DNA of 64,000 nucleotides from an uncultured delta proteobacterium (GTDB lineage Bacteria > Myxococcota_A > Polyangia > Haliangiales > Haliangiaceae). The stretch covers positions 1-64,000 of the forward strand of contig CAWKDB010000010.1 in assembly GCA_963848295.1 (NCBI GenBank). Reading direction: 5' to 3'. The position numbers and the translations under genes are program-made. The notes beneath the pieces are model-generated. The model had not been told where the DNA came from. It worked only from the letters and a program-made list of their open reading frames with translations, and did not search any database. Of this stretch, positions 20,828 through 29,548 are shown piece by piece. How positions within the stretch are numbered: position 1 is the stretch's first letter; each line of letters starts with the position of its first letter.

Positions 20828-22034
20828 GGCGGCATCAACCCGTCAGCGCAACACTTCCGCTAATACCTCGGCAGGACTACGCCAGCCAAGCGTTTGCCGT
20901 GGGCGGCCGTTGAGCTGCCTCGCAACCTTGTCGAGGTGGCGCTGATCGTGGCGCCCAATGTCTTCGCCCCGCGGAAAGTATTGGCGAAGCAACCCGTTGG
21001 TGTTCTCGTTGCTGCCGCGCTGCCAGGGGCTATGCGGGTCGCAGAAATAGATATCGATGTCAGCATCGATGGAGAGCTGTTTGTGAGCGCTGAGCTCGCT
21101 GCCTCGGTCCCAGGTCAATGACTTGCGGAGCTCGCTCGGCAAACGCTGGATGTGCTTCTTGAGCGCCGTTGTCACGGTCTTGGTGTCCTTCGACGGGATC
21201 CTGATGAGCATCACGAATCGGGTCTTGCGCTCGACGAGTGTGACGATGCAGTTCGACGGCGTTCCAAACACCAAATCGCCTTCCCAATGACCTGGAACTG
21301 CTCGGTCCTCGACCGATGCGGGACGCTCACTAATCGAAATGCCGTCCACGACGGAGGCTGACGAACTCCCAGTTCGCGGCTGCCGCAACTTCCTGCGTGT
21401 CCGCAGGTACTGCGTGAACTCCTTGCGCAACGCTCCTCGCGTTTGCACGTACAAGGTTCGGTAGATCGTCTCGTGCGAGACCTGCATTCCTGCATCATCG
21501 GCGAAGGTCACCTGTAACCAGTGGGCGATTTGCTGCGGAGACCAGCGCTCCTGGAGTTTTCGAATGACCCAATTCTGAAGCCGAGGGCGCCGCGCTAGCT
21601 TGCATACCTGCGGTCGAGCCAGCTGCCGAGCGGCGCGTCGTTCAGCCGCTGCGGCGCGATATCGGAACACCCCGCCGTTTCGCTTCACCTCCCGACAGAT
21701 TGTCGACGGTGCGCGGTGAAGCTGCTCGGCGATGAAGCGGACCGATTTCCGGCGCGCAAGCCATCTCGAGATCTCCTCACGTTCCTCGGGTCGCAACGAT
21801 TGCGTCCTTCGTTGGCGAAGCCGAGGTGCCACCCCACCAAGCTTGGCAATCTGCTCCCATACACTCTGCTGGCCGACGCCTATGGCTTCGCCGATCCTGC
21901 GCAGGGTGTGGCCTTCCCTCCTAAGCTTCCACAACTGCGCGATAAGCCCAGGCCCAAGACGTGTCAGAAGTGTCGGTCGCGCCATGCATCACCATCCTCA
22001 TCGATTGGTGTTGCTCTGACGGGTTGAGACCGCC
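20828..22034 (-). mobile_element. IS30 family insertion sequence (1207 bp)
   Basis: 27-bp terminal IRs at 20828-20854 and 22008-22034 (3 mismatches); 3-bp target duplication TCC; lower GC than the flanks. Confidence 0.93.
20843..21985 (-). CDS. IS30 family transposase
   Basis: RAPSTICREVKRN, WSPQQI, SHETIY, GHWEGD, LTWDRGSE and PWQRGSNENTNGLLRQYFP. Confidence 0.97.
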   Translation of the reverse strand: MARPTLLTRLGPGLIAQLWKLRREGHTLRRIGEAIGVGQQSVWEQIAKLGGVAPRLRQRRTQSLRPEEREEISRWLARRKSVRFIAEQLHRAPSTICREVKRNGGVFRYRAAAAERRAARQLARPQVCKLARRPRLQNWVIRKLQERWSPQQIAHWLQVTFADDAGMQVSHETIYRTLYVQTRGALRKEFTQYLRTRRKLRQPRTGSSSASVVDGISISERPASVEDRAVPGHWEGDLVFGTPSNCIVTLVERKTRFVMLIRIPSKDTKTVTTALKKHIQRLPSELRKSLTWDRGSELSAHKQLSIDADIDIYFCDPHSPWQRGSNENTNGLLRQYFPRGEDIGRHDQRHLDKVARQLNGRPRQTLGWRSPAEVLAEVLR

Positions 22035-22073
22035 TCCTTCGCCGTAAGGACATCGCGTCCTTGCTTCGCCGGA

Positions 22074-22100
22074 CGCGACGCGATCAGGGCGGCTCAGTCG
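22074..22100. repeat. 27-bp direct repeat, copy 2
   Basis: Identical to 20784-20810; includes the stop codon of 22094..23554. Confidence 0.95.
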
Positions 22101-23554
22101 AAGTTGCCGTTCCACTGTCGCGGCAGCCACGACGCCGACTTCGCGTCGAACCGGACGACCACGCCATCTGCGGCGCCGTTCGAGTCCGGCACCATGTAGA
22201 CGTACTTGCCGTCGCACGCGGCGCCGTTGAAGCCCGCCGCGCTCGCGTTGACCGTCGTCGCGTTGAACGACGACCATGACCCGGCGGTCGCGAAGTCGGC
22301 GGTCGTGTCGTAGCGAACGCTGAGGCCGGTATAAGCCGTCCCGGTGTAGTAGCCCGAGAAGTAGACGAACCTCCCGTCGAAGGTCGCGCCGGTATAGCCG
22401 GCGGCGCCGGCCGGGTCGTACTGCGTCCACGACGCGATCGACGTGAACGCCGCGCGCGTGTCGTAGCGCACGATGTACGAGCCGTACATCGGGATCGTGC
22501 CGTCGTAGTGCTGCGGGAAGTACAGGTAGCGTCCGTCGAAGATGGCGCCGTAGTAGCTGAGGTCGTGGCCGAACACGGTCTCGGTCGAGAACGACACCCA
22601 CGACGACGGATCGGAGAAGCCCGAGGATGCCTGGGTGTCGAACCGGATGACGAGCCCGTCGTACGCGGTCCCGTTGTAGTACGGCACGTAGTAGATGTAG
22701 CGGCCGTCGAACACGGCGCCGAGAAATCCGGCGGCACCGGGGATGATCGTCGTCAGGTCGAGCGCCTCCCACGAGGTCGGCGACACGAAGCCCGCCGCGT
22801 TCTGCGTATCGAACCGCGCGGTCACGCCGTGGTACGCGGTGCCGTTGTAATACGGCGAGAAGTAGATGTAGCGACCATCGAACGCCGCGCGGACGTAACC
22901 ATGGGCCGCCGGGTCGACCGTGGTCACATCGAACGTCGTCCACGAGTCCGGGTTCGCGAACCCGTTCGGGTTCTGCGGATCGAAGCGCAGGACGAGCCCC
23001 GAGGTGCCGCCGTCGTACGGAACGAGGTAGACGTAGCGTCCGTCGAACGCGCCGCCTTGGAAGTTAGTCAACGTCGGTCCGAGCGCCGAGAGGTCATACG
23101 TACTCCACGCCGCGGCCGTGCCGAAGTCGGCTTGCGTGTCGTAGCGGGTGACGACCGGCGTGGCCCCCGCGACGAGGTACAGGTAGCGACCGTCGAACAC
23201 GCTCGAGTTGAAGCCCTTCGCGTTCGGATCGACCGTCGTCGTGTCGAACGCGCCCCAGTTCGCGCTGTCGCCGTAGCTCGTGGTGAATGTCGTCGGCGGC
23301 GTATTGCACGCGGCGATATCGAACGTGCACGTCGCGTTGCACGCGAGCGTGCCAATCCAACCCGGCGCGATCGCGGTATCGCAGGTCGCGCCGCCGAGGT
23401 CGCTGCCGTCGCACTCCTCGGTGCTGCTCTTGACGCCGTCGCCGCAGCCGACCGGCGGCGCGCCGGCATCGGGATGGCCATTCGGAGGCGCGGTGTTGCC
23501 AGAGCACGCTGCAACGACCGCGCACAACCAGACGAGGCGTCCCACGGTCGTCAT
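22094..23554 (-). CDS. Lipoprotein with a myxobacterial Cys-rich repeat and seven FDGRY repeats (Kelch-like propeller)
   Basis: VAAC lipobox, CGDGVKSSTEECDG and seven (F/C)DG(R/K)(Y/F)xY units. Confidence 0.8.
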   Translation of the reverse strand: MTTVGRLVWLCAVVAACSGNTAPPNGHPDAGAPPVGCGDGVKSSTEECDGSDLGGATCDTAIAPGWIGTLACNATCTFDIAACNTPPTTFTTSYGDSANWGAFDTTTVDPNAKGFNSSVFDGRYLYLVAGATPVVTRYDTQADFGTAAAWSTYDLSALGPTLTNFQGGAFDGRYVYLVPYDGGTSGLVLRFDPQNPNGFANPDSWTTFDVTTVDPAAHGYVRAAFDGRYIYFSPYYNGTAYHGVTARFDTQNAAGFVSPTSWEALDLTTIIPGAAGFLGAVFDGRYIYYVPYYNGTAYDGLVIRFDTQASSGFSDPSSWVSFSTETVFGHDLSYYGAIFDGRYLYFPQHYDGTIPMYGSYIVRYDTRAAFTSIASWTQYDPAGAAGYTGATFDGRFVYFSGYYTGTAYTGLSVRYDTTADFATAGSWSSFNATTVNASAAGFNGAACDGKYVYMVPDSNGAADGVVVRFDAKSASWLPRQWNGNFD

Positions 23555-23613
23555 TGTACCTCTGCGAGCCTGAGGATTGCCAGGCGCGAGAACGAGGCGC
23601 GGGCTGGTGTACG

Positions 23614-25095
23614 ATGGCGATCATGGCGCGTTGTCGAGCGACGAGCTGCGGCCTGGCGGTCGTGCTCGCGACCGCGGGTTGTGCGCAGGTGCTCGGCATC
23701 GACGAGACGACCGGCGGCGATTCTTCCCGGACGCTGCAAGTCGTCGGCGTCTTCGACGGCGGCTCGCTCGTCATGCAGCCGCTCGACCTCAGCGCCGAGA
23801 CCGCGACCTGGTTCGTGCGCGATGCCGCCGATCCGACGACGCTCGATACGTTTCCCGGCACGCCGTCGACGAGCTTCTCCGGCTGGTCGGCGGCGGTGAC
23901 CGGCAGCGCCCCGATGATCGAGCTCACGCTGCCCGACGTCCCGACCCCTTACACCCACTTCATCGAGCTGCCCGACGGCGACGATCACGCGATCGCCCGC
24001 GAGTTCTATTACGGCCATCCTTCGCCGCAACCGCCGCCTGCCGACGCGGCGTTCGACGTCACGATCACCCCGCCCTCGGCGGTCGCGACCGGCGAATCGT
24101 TCGAGATCTATGCGGTCGGCGCGTGGACCGAGTACACGCTGAGCGCGACCGATGCGCCGCTCGCCGCCGCCACGATCGGGCCACTCGAGATCCCGTACGC
24201 GATGTTCGGGGCGATCACGCCCGCTCCGCCGGTTCAGATCGACTCGACCGATGTCGTCGTCGTGCTGCGCTACCTCGGCGGCGTGATCACCGGCCTGCTC
24301 GCGGTTCCCGCGTTCGACCAGAGCGACGCCGCGCAGCCGGTGACCGGGACGATGACCGCGGTCACCGCGGACCAGACGTTCACCGCGACGATCGACGCGA
24401 CCGCCGACGCGGCGCGGTTCGACGCGCTGCGCCCGGCGATGACCGACTTCACACCATCGTGGAGCGTCCAGGCCGCGCCGGGTGCGATGGCCACTTCTGG
24501 CGCCGGGCCCGTGCTCGCGAGCGGCACCCTTGCGATGACCGACACATCGTTCACCGCGACGTACGCCGATCCCTTCACCGCCGAGAGCTGGCCGACGCTC
24601 GTCGCGTATGAAGCCGTCGAGTACCGCCAGTACACCGCCGGCGGCGTGCCGTTCGGCTTGGTCGCGGGGCTCTACACGTACACCGACGCGAGCGCCGGTC
24701 AGACACTCGATCTGCCCGCCGGCCTGCCCGAGCTCGTGACGATCGATCAGATGCCGCTGTCGACCGACGGCATGACCGTCACGCTGCCCGCCGATCAGCC
24801 GGTCGACATCAGCTTCGTCGCGGATCGCCCGACCAACACGATCTACCAGATCGAGATGGACGAGATCATCGTGACCGGCTCGACGCTCGCGCGCACGCCG
24901 GTGTTCACCGCGTCGGCGCTCGCGCCCGACGTGACGATTCCGGCGACCCAGTTCGTCGCGGGACACACCTACGTGGTGCGCGCGCTCTGCATCTCGGGCG
25001 GCTACACGAACATCGGCGCCGGCGATCTGTCGGCGACCGCGCTGCCGATCTCGGTCGGCTACTTCGACAGCGGCGTGTTCACCGTCGCGAATTGA
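23614..25095 (+). CDS. Hypothetical acidic Thr-rich lipoprotein
   Basis: TAGC-AQVLGID lipobox. Start could be 23614 or 23623. Confidence 0.7.
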   Translation: MAIMARCRATSCGLAVVLATAGCAQVLGIDETTGGDSSRTLQVVGVFDGGSLVMQPLDLSAETATWFVRDAADPTTLDTFPGTPSTSFSGWSAAVTGSAPMIELTLPDVPTPYTHFIELPDGDDHAIAREFYYGHPSPQPPPADAAFDVTITPPSAVATGESFEIYAVGAWTEYTLSATDAPLAAATIGPLEIPYAMFGAITPAPPVQIDSTDVVVVLRYLGGVITGLLAVPAFDQSDAAQPVTGTMTAVTADQTFTATIDATADAARFDALRPAMTDFTPSWSVQAAPGAMATSGAGPVLASGTLAMTDTSFTATYADPFTAESWPTLVAYEAVEYRQYTAGGVPFGLVAGLYTYTDASAGQTLDLPAGLPELVTIDQMPLSTDGMTVTLPADQPVDISFVADRPTNTIYQIEMDEIIVTGSTLARTPVFTASALAPDVTIPATQFVAGHTYVVRALCISGGYTNIGAGDLSATALPISVGYFDSGVFTVAN

Positions 25096-25101
25096 GGTTA
25101 G

Positions 25102-26199
25102 CTACCACGTGACGACGACCGTACCGGCGCCTGCATGGTTGCCCCCGACGTTCGCCGGTGTCGTACCGTTGTTGATCGAGCCGCCACCACCGCCGGAGTA
25201 GCCGGCGCCGCCACCGCCGTACGAGCCGCCGCCACCGCCGGAGTAGCCGCCGCCACCGCCGCCGGTGAAGCCCGCCGCGCCGCCGCCACCGAATCCGCCG
25301 TTGCGCGAGCTCCCGCTCCCACCGACGCCGCCGGCCGCGCCGTTGACGTACGCGATGCCCGGCGTGTTCGGCGTGCCATAGCTGCTCGAGTTCCCGTCGG
25401 AGTTGTTGACGCCGTTCGACAGGTAGCCACCGCCGCCGGTGCCGCCCTGATATCCGCCGACGTTGGAGAACGTCGTGCCGCCGCCGCCGTTCACCCCGCC
25501 GGCGCCGCCGGGCGTCTGGCCCGAGCCGGCCTGTCCCGCGGTCGTGATCTGGCCGGGGCCGCCGGGCGCCGATGCCGACACCGGGTTCGCCGTACCGCCC
25601 GATGCACCACCGCCGCCGCCCGCGATGACCAAGATCGTCGAGCCGTCGACCACGAAGCTACCGCCGCCACCCGTGCCGCCGCGCTGCGCGTAACCGCCGG
25701 CGCCATCGACGCCGTTCGCGCCGACGCCACCGACGACGATCGAGAGCGACTCGGCCGGGGTCACGACGAAGTCACCTTCGAGCGTCGCGCCCATCCCGCC
25801 GGGCAGGCCGGTCAGGCTGCCGCCCTGACCGCCGGCCGCGAGGACGTGGAGCGAGGTCACGCACGTCGGCACCGCGAACGTCTGGATCGCGCCGCTCGGC
25901 GCGAACGTCTGCATGCCGTGGTTCATGTTCACGTGAGCGCAGCCGGTCGTCGAGTCACAGCTGTCGGTCGTGCACGCGTCGCCGTCGTCGCACGAGCTCG
26001 CGGCATGCGCGCACGTGCCCTCGTTGGTGCACGAGTCGACGGTGCACATATCGTCGTCGTCGCACGCGGCGATGTCGCAGCTCTGGTCGCTGCCGCTGTC
26101 GGCGCCGTGGCCGGGGTCACCGTCGGCCGATCCGGGTGCGATCGCGCGTGCGCAGCCGACGACCCCGACGGCGAACGCAAGGATCCCGACGCACCTCAT
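25102..26199 (-). CDS. Lipoprotein with CTxDSC repeats and an ALK/LTK-like glycine-rich domain
   Basis: VVGC lipobox; two CDDxxxCTxDSC units; AGGQGG..GGMGA..GGGGSFV..IAGGGGG..GGFGGGG..GGGGGYSGG. Confidence 0.75.
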   Translation of the reverse strand: MRCVGILAFAVGVVGCARAIAPGSADGDPGHGADSGSDQSCDIAACDDDDMCTVDSCTNEGTCAHAASSCDDGDACTTDSCDSTTGCAHVNMNHGMQTFAPSGAIQTFAVPTCVTSLHVLAAGGQGGSLTGLPGGMGATLEGDFVVTPAESLSIVVGGVGANGVDGAGGYAQRGGTGGGGSFVVDGSTILVIAGGGGGASGGTANPVSASAPGGPGQITTAGQAGSGQTPGGAGGVNGGGGTTFSNVGGYQGGTGGGGYLSNGVNNSDGNSSSYGTPNTPGIAYVNGAAGGVGGSGSSRNGGFGGGGAAGFTGGGGGGYSGGGGGSYGGGGAGYSGGGGGSINNGTTPANVGGNHAGAGTVVVTW

Positions 26200-26249
26200 C
26201 GGAGCAAGAATACCGCGCTTGCCACCCCGCCGGGGCGGCTAGAAAATCA

Positions 26250-26792
26250 TCAAGCCGCGTACATGCCGGTGCCGCCCGCGGCGGTCACCTCCAGCAGGTA
26301 CTCGGTGCTCGCTTCGAGGGTCGCGGTACCGCTGGTGCAGCTGCCGGTGCTGCTCGTCCAGGTGCCGACCGGCGGCAAAACCTCTTGCCCGGCCGCGACC
26401 TTCCATAACGTCGCGGTCAAGCTCGTGATCGTGCCCGTGTAGCACAGCCCCGAGGCGCCGAGCGTGAACATGCCGCCGGCGGCGCTGCTCTCGAACACGA
26501 AGTAGTCGGCGGTGTCGGTGCCGCCAATCGTGTTGCCCTCGACCCACGTATAGACGCTACCGGCGGCGGTCCCGAGCGGGGTCGCTTGCTGCGGCGTGTT
26601 GTTCGGCTCGACATCGCCGAAGTTGTTGTCGACCGCGTCGCCGGCGCCCGCGGCCGGGATGGCACCACCCGACGGCGCATCGTTAGCTGCATCGATCGGG
26701 TGATTGCTGTCGGGGTGGCTGCTGCCCGACGAGCCGCAGCCCGCAACCACAAGTAACGAAGCCATCGCGATTCGAGCGCCGGTCGTGGACAT
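26250..26792 (-). CDS. Hypothetical lipoprotein (EPNN motif, PPC-like)
   Basis: VAGC lipobox; DVEPNNTPQQA and DTADYF. Confidence 0.65.
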   Translation of the reverse strand: MSTTGARIAMASLLVVAGCGSSGSSHPDSNHPIDAANDAPSGGAIPAAGAGDAVDNNFGDVEPNNTPQQATPLGTAAGSVYTWVEGNTIGGTDTADYFVFESSAAGGMFTLGASGLCYTGTITSLTATLWKVAAGQEVLPPVGTWTSSTGSCTSGTATLEASTEYLLEVTAAGGTGMYAA

Positions 26793-26886
26793 GCGGCGGA
26801 ACTTACCGAGGCGGCTCGTGCGCAGCGAGACAATTCGGTAACAAGGTGCTGCGAGTCACGGGTTCGACGCGCACGTTTCGGGCATC

Positions 26887-27699
26887 ATGACGGCGATGTC
26901 CCGCGCGCTCGTCGTCGCCGCTTGCGCCGTCGCGGCCTGCAACTTCACCGCGAACGGGACCGCGATCGATGCGAGCGGTTCGGGCCGACCGATCGACGCC
27001 GCGCACCTCGATGGGCCGCGGCCGCCGGACGCGCCGGGGCCGCCCATGGTGACGCTCGTCCAGACCACGGCGAATGGCGAGCTGCCGTGGAACGACAACG
27101 GGTCGACGATCACGGCCACGCTGGCGCAGCCATCGGCCGCCGGCGATCTGATCGCGATCTACGTCTCGTACGAAGGTTCGACCACGCTCGCCTCGGTGAC
27201 CGATGATCAGAACGACGCGTACACGATCGTGCAGACCGTCAGCGACAGCCCCAACACGCAGCGGAGCTCGACCGCGTACGCCGAGAACGTCGCCGCCGGC
27301 GTGACGACGATCGTCGCGAAGCTCGCGAGCTCCAAGTGCTGCCGCTTGATCGTCGCGCACGAGCTGCGCGGAACGGACCCGGCGGCGCCGCTCGACGGCT
27401 TCTCCGGCCAACATCAAAGCTCGAGCGGCACGAACCCCGACGACGTGTCGACCGGACCGATGACGACGACCGGAACCAGCGACTACATCTTCGCGGTGAC
27501 GTCGAACTCGAGCAACGACGACGGCCAGGCGATCACGGCCGGTTCGAGCGCGACGATGCGGGTCGAGCTGATGCCGACCGACGGCAACCCGGCGTGCTCC
27601 GAAGATCAAATCCAGGTCGGCCCCGGAGCCATCACCTCGACGTTCACCTACGCCGCCGACGGATCGGCGCTGACCCAACAGCTGGCGTTCAAGCCGTAA
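26887..27699 (+). CDS. Hypothetical lipoprotein
   Basis: VAAC lipobox, DA/PP linker and a beta-rich domain (AGDLI..V, SVTDDQNDAY). Confidence 0.7.
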   Translation: MTAMSRALVVAACAVAACNFTANGTAIDASGSGRPIDAAHLDGPRPPDAPGPPMVTLVQTTANGELPWNDNGSTITATLAQPSAAGDLIAIYVSYEGSTTLASVTDDQNDAYTIVQTVSDSPNTQRSSTAYAENVAAGVTTIVAKLASSKCCRLIVAHELRGTDPAAPLDGFSGQHQSSSGTNPDDVSTGPMTTTGTSDYIFAVTSNSSNDDGQAITAGSSATMRVELMPTDGNPACSEDQIQVGPGAITSTFTYAADGSALTQQLAFKP

Positions 27700-28243
27700 A
27701 GATCGCGGCCACCGGCCCGGCGAGCTCGACCGCGCGGTCGTGCGAGATCTCGAACGCATCGCGCATCGCGTGAAGCAGCCGGACCTCGGACGGTGCGGCC
27801 TCGCCGTCGGACACCATCGTCGCGATGCACGACACGAAGGTCATCTCGCGCTGCTCGACGGTCGGCAGCCCGCCCTTGATCTCGGCGAGCAACACCTGCG
27901 GACCGACGGCCAGGCAGCGGTGGATCGTCTCGGCGATCACGGCCGGCATGTCGAGGCCAGCGAACAACCGCTCTTGCGAGAACCGCGCGACGATGTCTTG
28001 CTCCGCGGTCGCGACCTTGCCGTCGGCGACAATCGTCAGCGTCACCGCGCGCAGCACGTTCGCCCCGATCAGCGCGTCGCTTGGCGACGACACGACCACC
28101 TCGACCACTTCGGGTGGCTTCGCGGTCTTCGCCGGCTTGGCTTTCGCCTTCACCGGCTTGGTCGGCTTCGCCTTCGCGCGCTTCCCCGGCTTGGCGCGCT
28201 TAGCAGGCTTGGTCGTCCGCTTCTTGTGCTTGGCTGTTTTCAC
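27689..28243 (-). CDS. TerB-like protein with a Lys/Ala/Pro-rich N-terminal tail
   Basis: GGAGG RBS then GTG; two TerB half-motifs, ADGKVATAEQ and SDGEAAPSEV..AFEI. Confidence 0.7.
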   Translation of the reverse strand: MKTAKHKKRTTKPAKRAKPGKRAKAKPTKPVKAKAKPAKTAKPPEVVEVVVSSPSDALIGANVLRAVTLTIVADGKVATAEQDIVARFSQERLFAGLDMPAVIAETIHRCLAVGPQVLLAEIKGGLPTVEQREMTFVSCIATMVSDGEAAPSEVRLLHAMRDAFEISHDRAVELAGPVAAIFTA

Positions 28244-28357
28244 GGTCGCCCCTCCGTCGCCAGTATCGTCCGGCGCGGCCGCGCTGTCACCTCGACGCAG
28301 CCGCGAGCTCGTAGTCCTTGCGGACGCAACCTCGGGAGCGCAACACTCCTCGACGAC

Positions 28358-29548
28358 GTGCTCCCCTCGACCGGCCCTTGCGCGCTCGCGCTGCTCGCCG
28401 CGTGTCACGCCGCTGCCGTGACGCCAGCGGATGCGTCGCGCGACGCACCGAACGCCGACGGCGATCGCGATGCCGCCGCGTCGGTGTGCCCGACCGGCTC
28501 GACGTTGATCGTGGCTCGAACGAGTTGCTCGAGCACCGCCATCGCGCCGCCCGATTCGTTGTTATCGACCGCCGCGCAGCCCGGCGACATCGTGTCGCTC
28601 GATGGGCTCGACGAAGGCGCGCTGCCGTGCGTGCCGTGTTACGTGTGCAGCCCGACCGGCGCGGCGACGATGCTGTTCTCCGACGATCCAGAATCGCCGT
28701 CGAGCGATGGCGTGCTCTACGCCGACACGTTCGGCCCCGGCCGCGGCCGGATCTACCTCTATCATGTCAACGCGGGCGCCGACCCGCGCAAGTTCCCGGT
28801 CGTGGTCCTGAACCAGAACGCGAGCGATGCACACGTCACGATCGTGAAGGAAGGGCTCGGCGGACCGGGCAGCGACTACGTCGACGTCGGCAAGGCGGTC
28901 GCCGCGGCCTGGATGGCGTCGAGCGTGGCGAACGTGGTCACCGTGCCGGCCAACACGCGCGTCGTGCTCGAGCCGGCGCTCGATGACGAGCACGCGAGCA
29001 CTGGCGAGCTCGTCCACGCGATCATCGACGTCGAGGTCGACGCGCCGGTCAAGATCTCGATCGTCAGCGTGCTGGCGAGCGAGGACGCCGCCTCGGTCAC
29101 CGCATCGCTGCCGCTGCTCCCCAACGACGGCTTGCACGATCGCGGCACGTTCCCCGGCGCGGATGTGTGGATCGCCGGCCGAGTCGGCGATCCAGGCGCG
29201 AGCGCGCGCAACGTCCGGCTCGGCGGCAACGTGACCGAACCGGATCTGACCGGCGAAGACGCGACGACCGGCGCGACCGCTTCGCTCCTCGGCAACTACG
29301 GCGTCGCGTATCGCGTGATCGTCGATGCACCGAGCGCGATCCGGCTCGCCGCGAGCCCGCGCGGCGGTGGCTGGGTCGGCGCGCTCGGTTCGAGCTCGGT
29401 GGTCTCGCTGCCGACTTCGGCCGGCGCGCTGTCGCAGACGACCGAAGCCGTGTGGCTCGCGACCCTCGGCGCCGGCCCGGCCGATGTCGCGTTGCTGTCC
29501 GGCGGCGGCTCGAGCCTGCCGGTCGACCTCGTCGTGATCACGCCGTGA
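28358..29548 (+). CDS. Hypothetical lipoprotein
   Basis: LLAAC lipobox; LFSDDPE..DGVLYAD..RIYLYHVN..RGTF..GNYGVAY; coupled to rluA (GTGA). Confidence 0.65.
   Translation: MLPSTGPCALALLAACHAAAVTPADASRDAPNADGDRDAAASVCPTGSTLIVARTSCSSTAIAPPDSLLSTAAQPGDIVSLDGLDEGALPCVPCYVCSPTGAATMLFSDDPESPSSDGVLYADTFGPGRGRIYLYHVNAGADPRKFPVVVLNQNASDAHVTIVKEGLGGPGSDYVDVGKAVAAAWMASSVANVVTVPANTRVVLEPALDDEHASTGELVHAIIDVEVDAPVKISIVSVLASEDAASVTASLPLLPNDGLHDRGTFPGADVWIAGRVGDPGASARNVRLGGNVTEPDLTGEDATTGATASLLGNYGVAYRVIVDAPSAIRLAASPRGGGWVGALGSSSVVSLPTSAGALSQTTEAVWLATLGAGPADVALLSGGGSSLPVDLVVITP

Noticed and set aside
20784..22100. 27-bp repeats as a CRISPR array or as the IS30 target duplication
   Set aside because: Only two copies and no cas genes; the IS has its own 3-bp TSD directly at its IRs.
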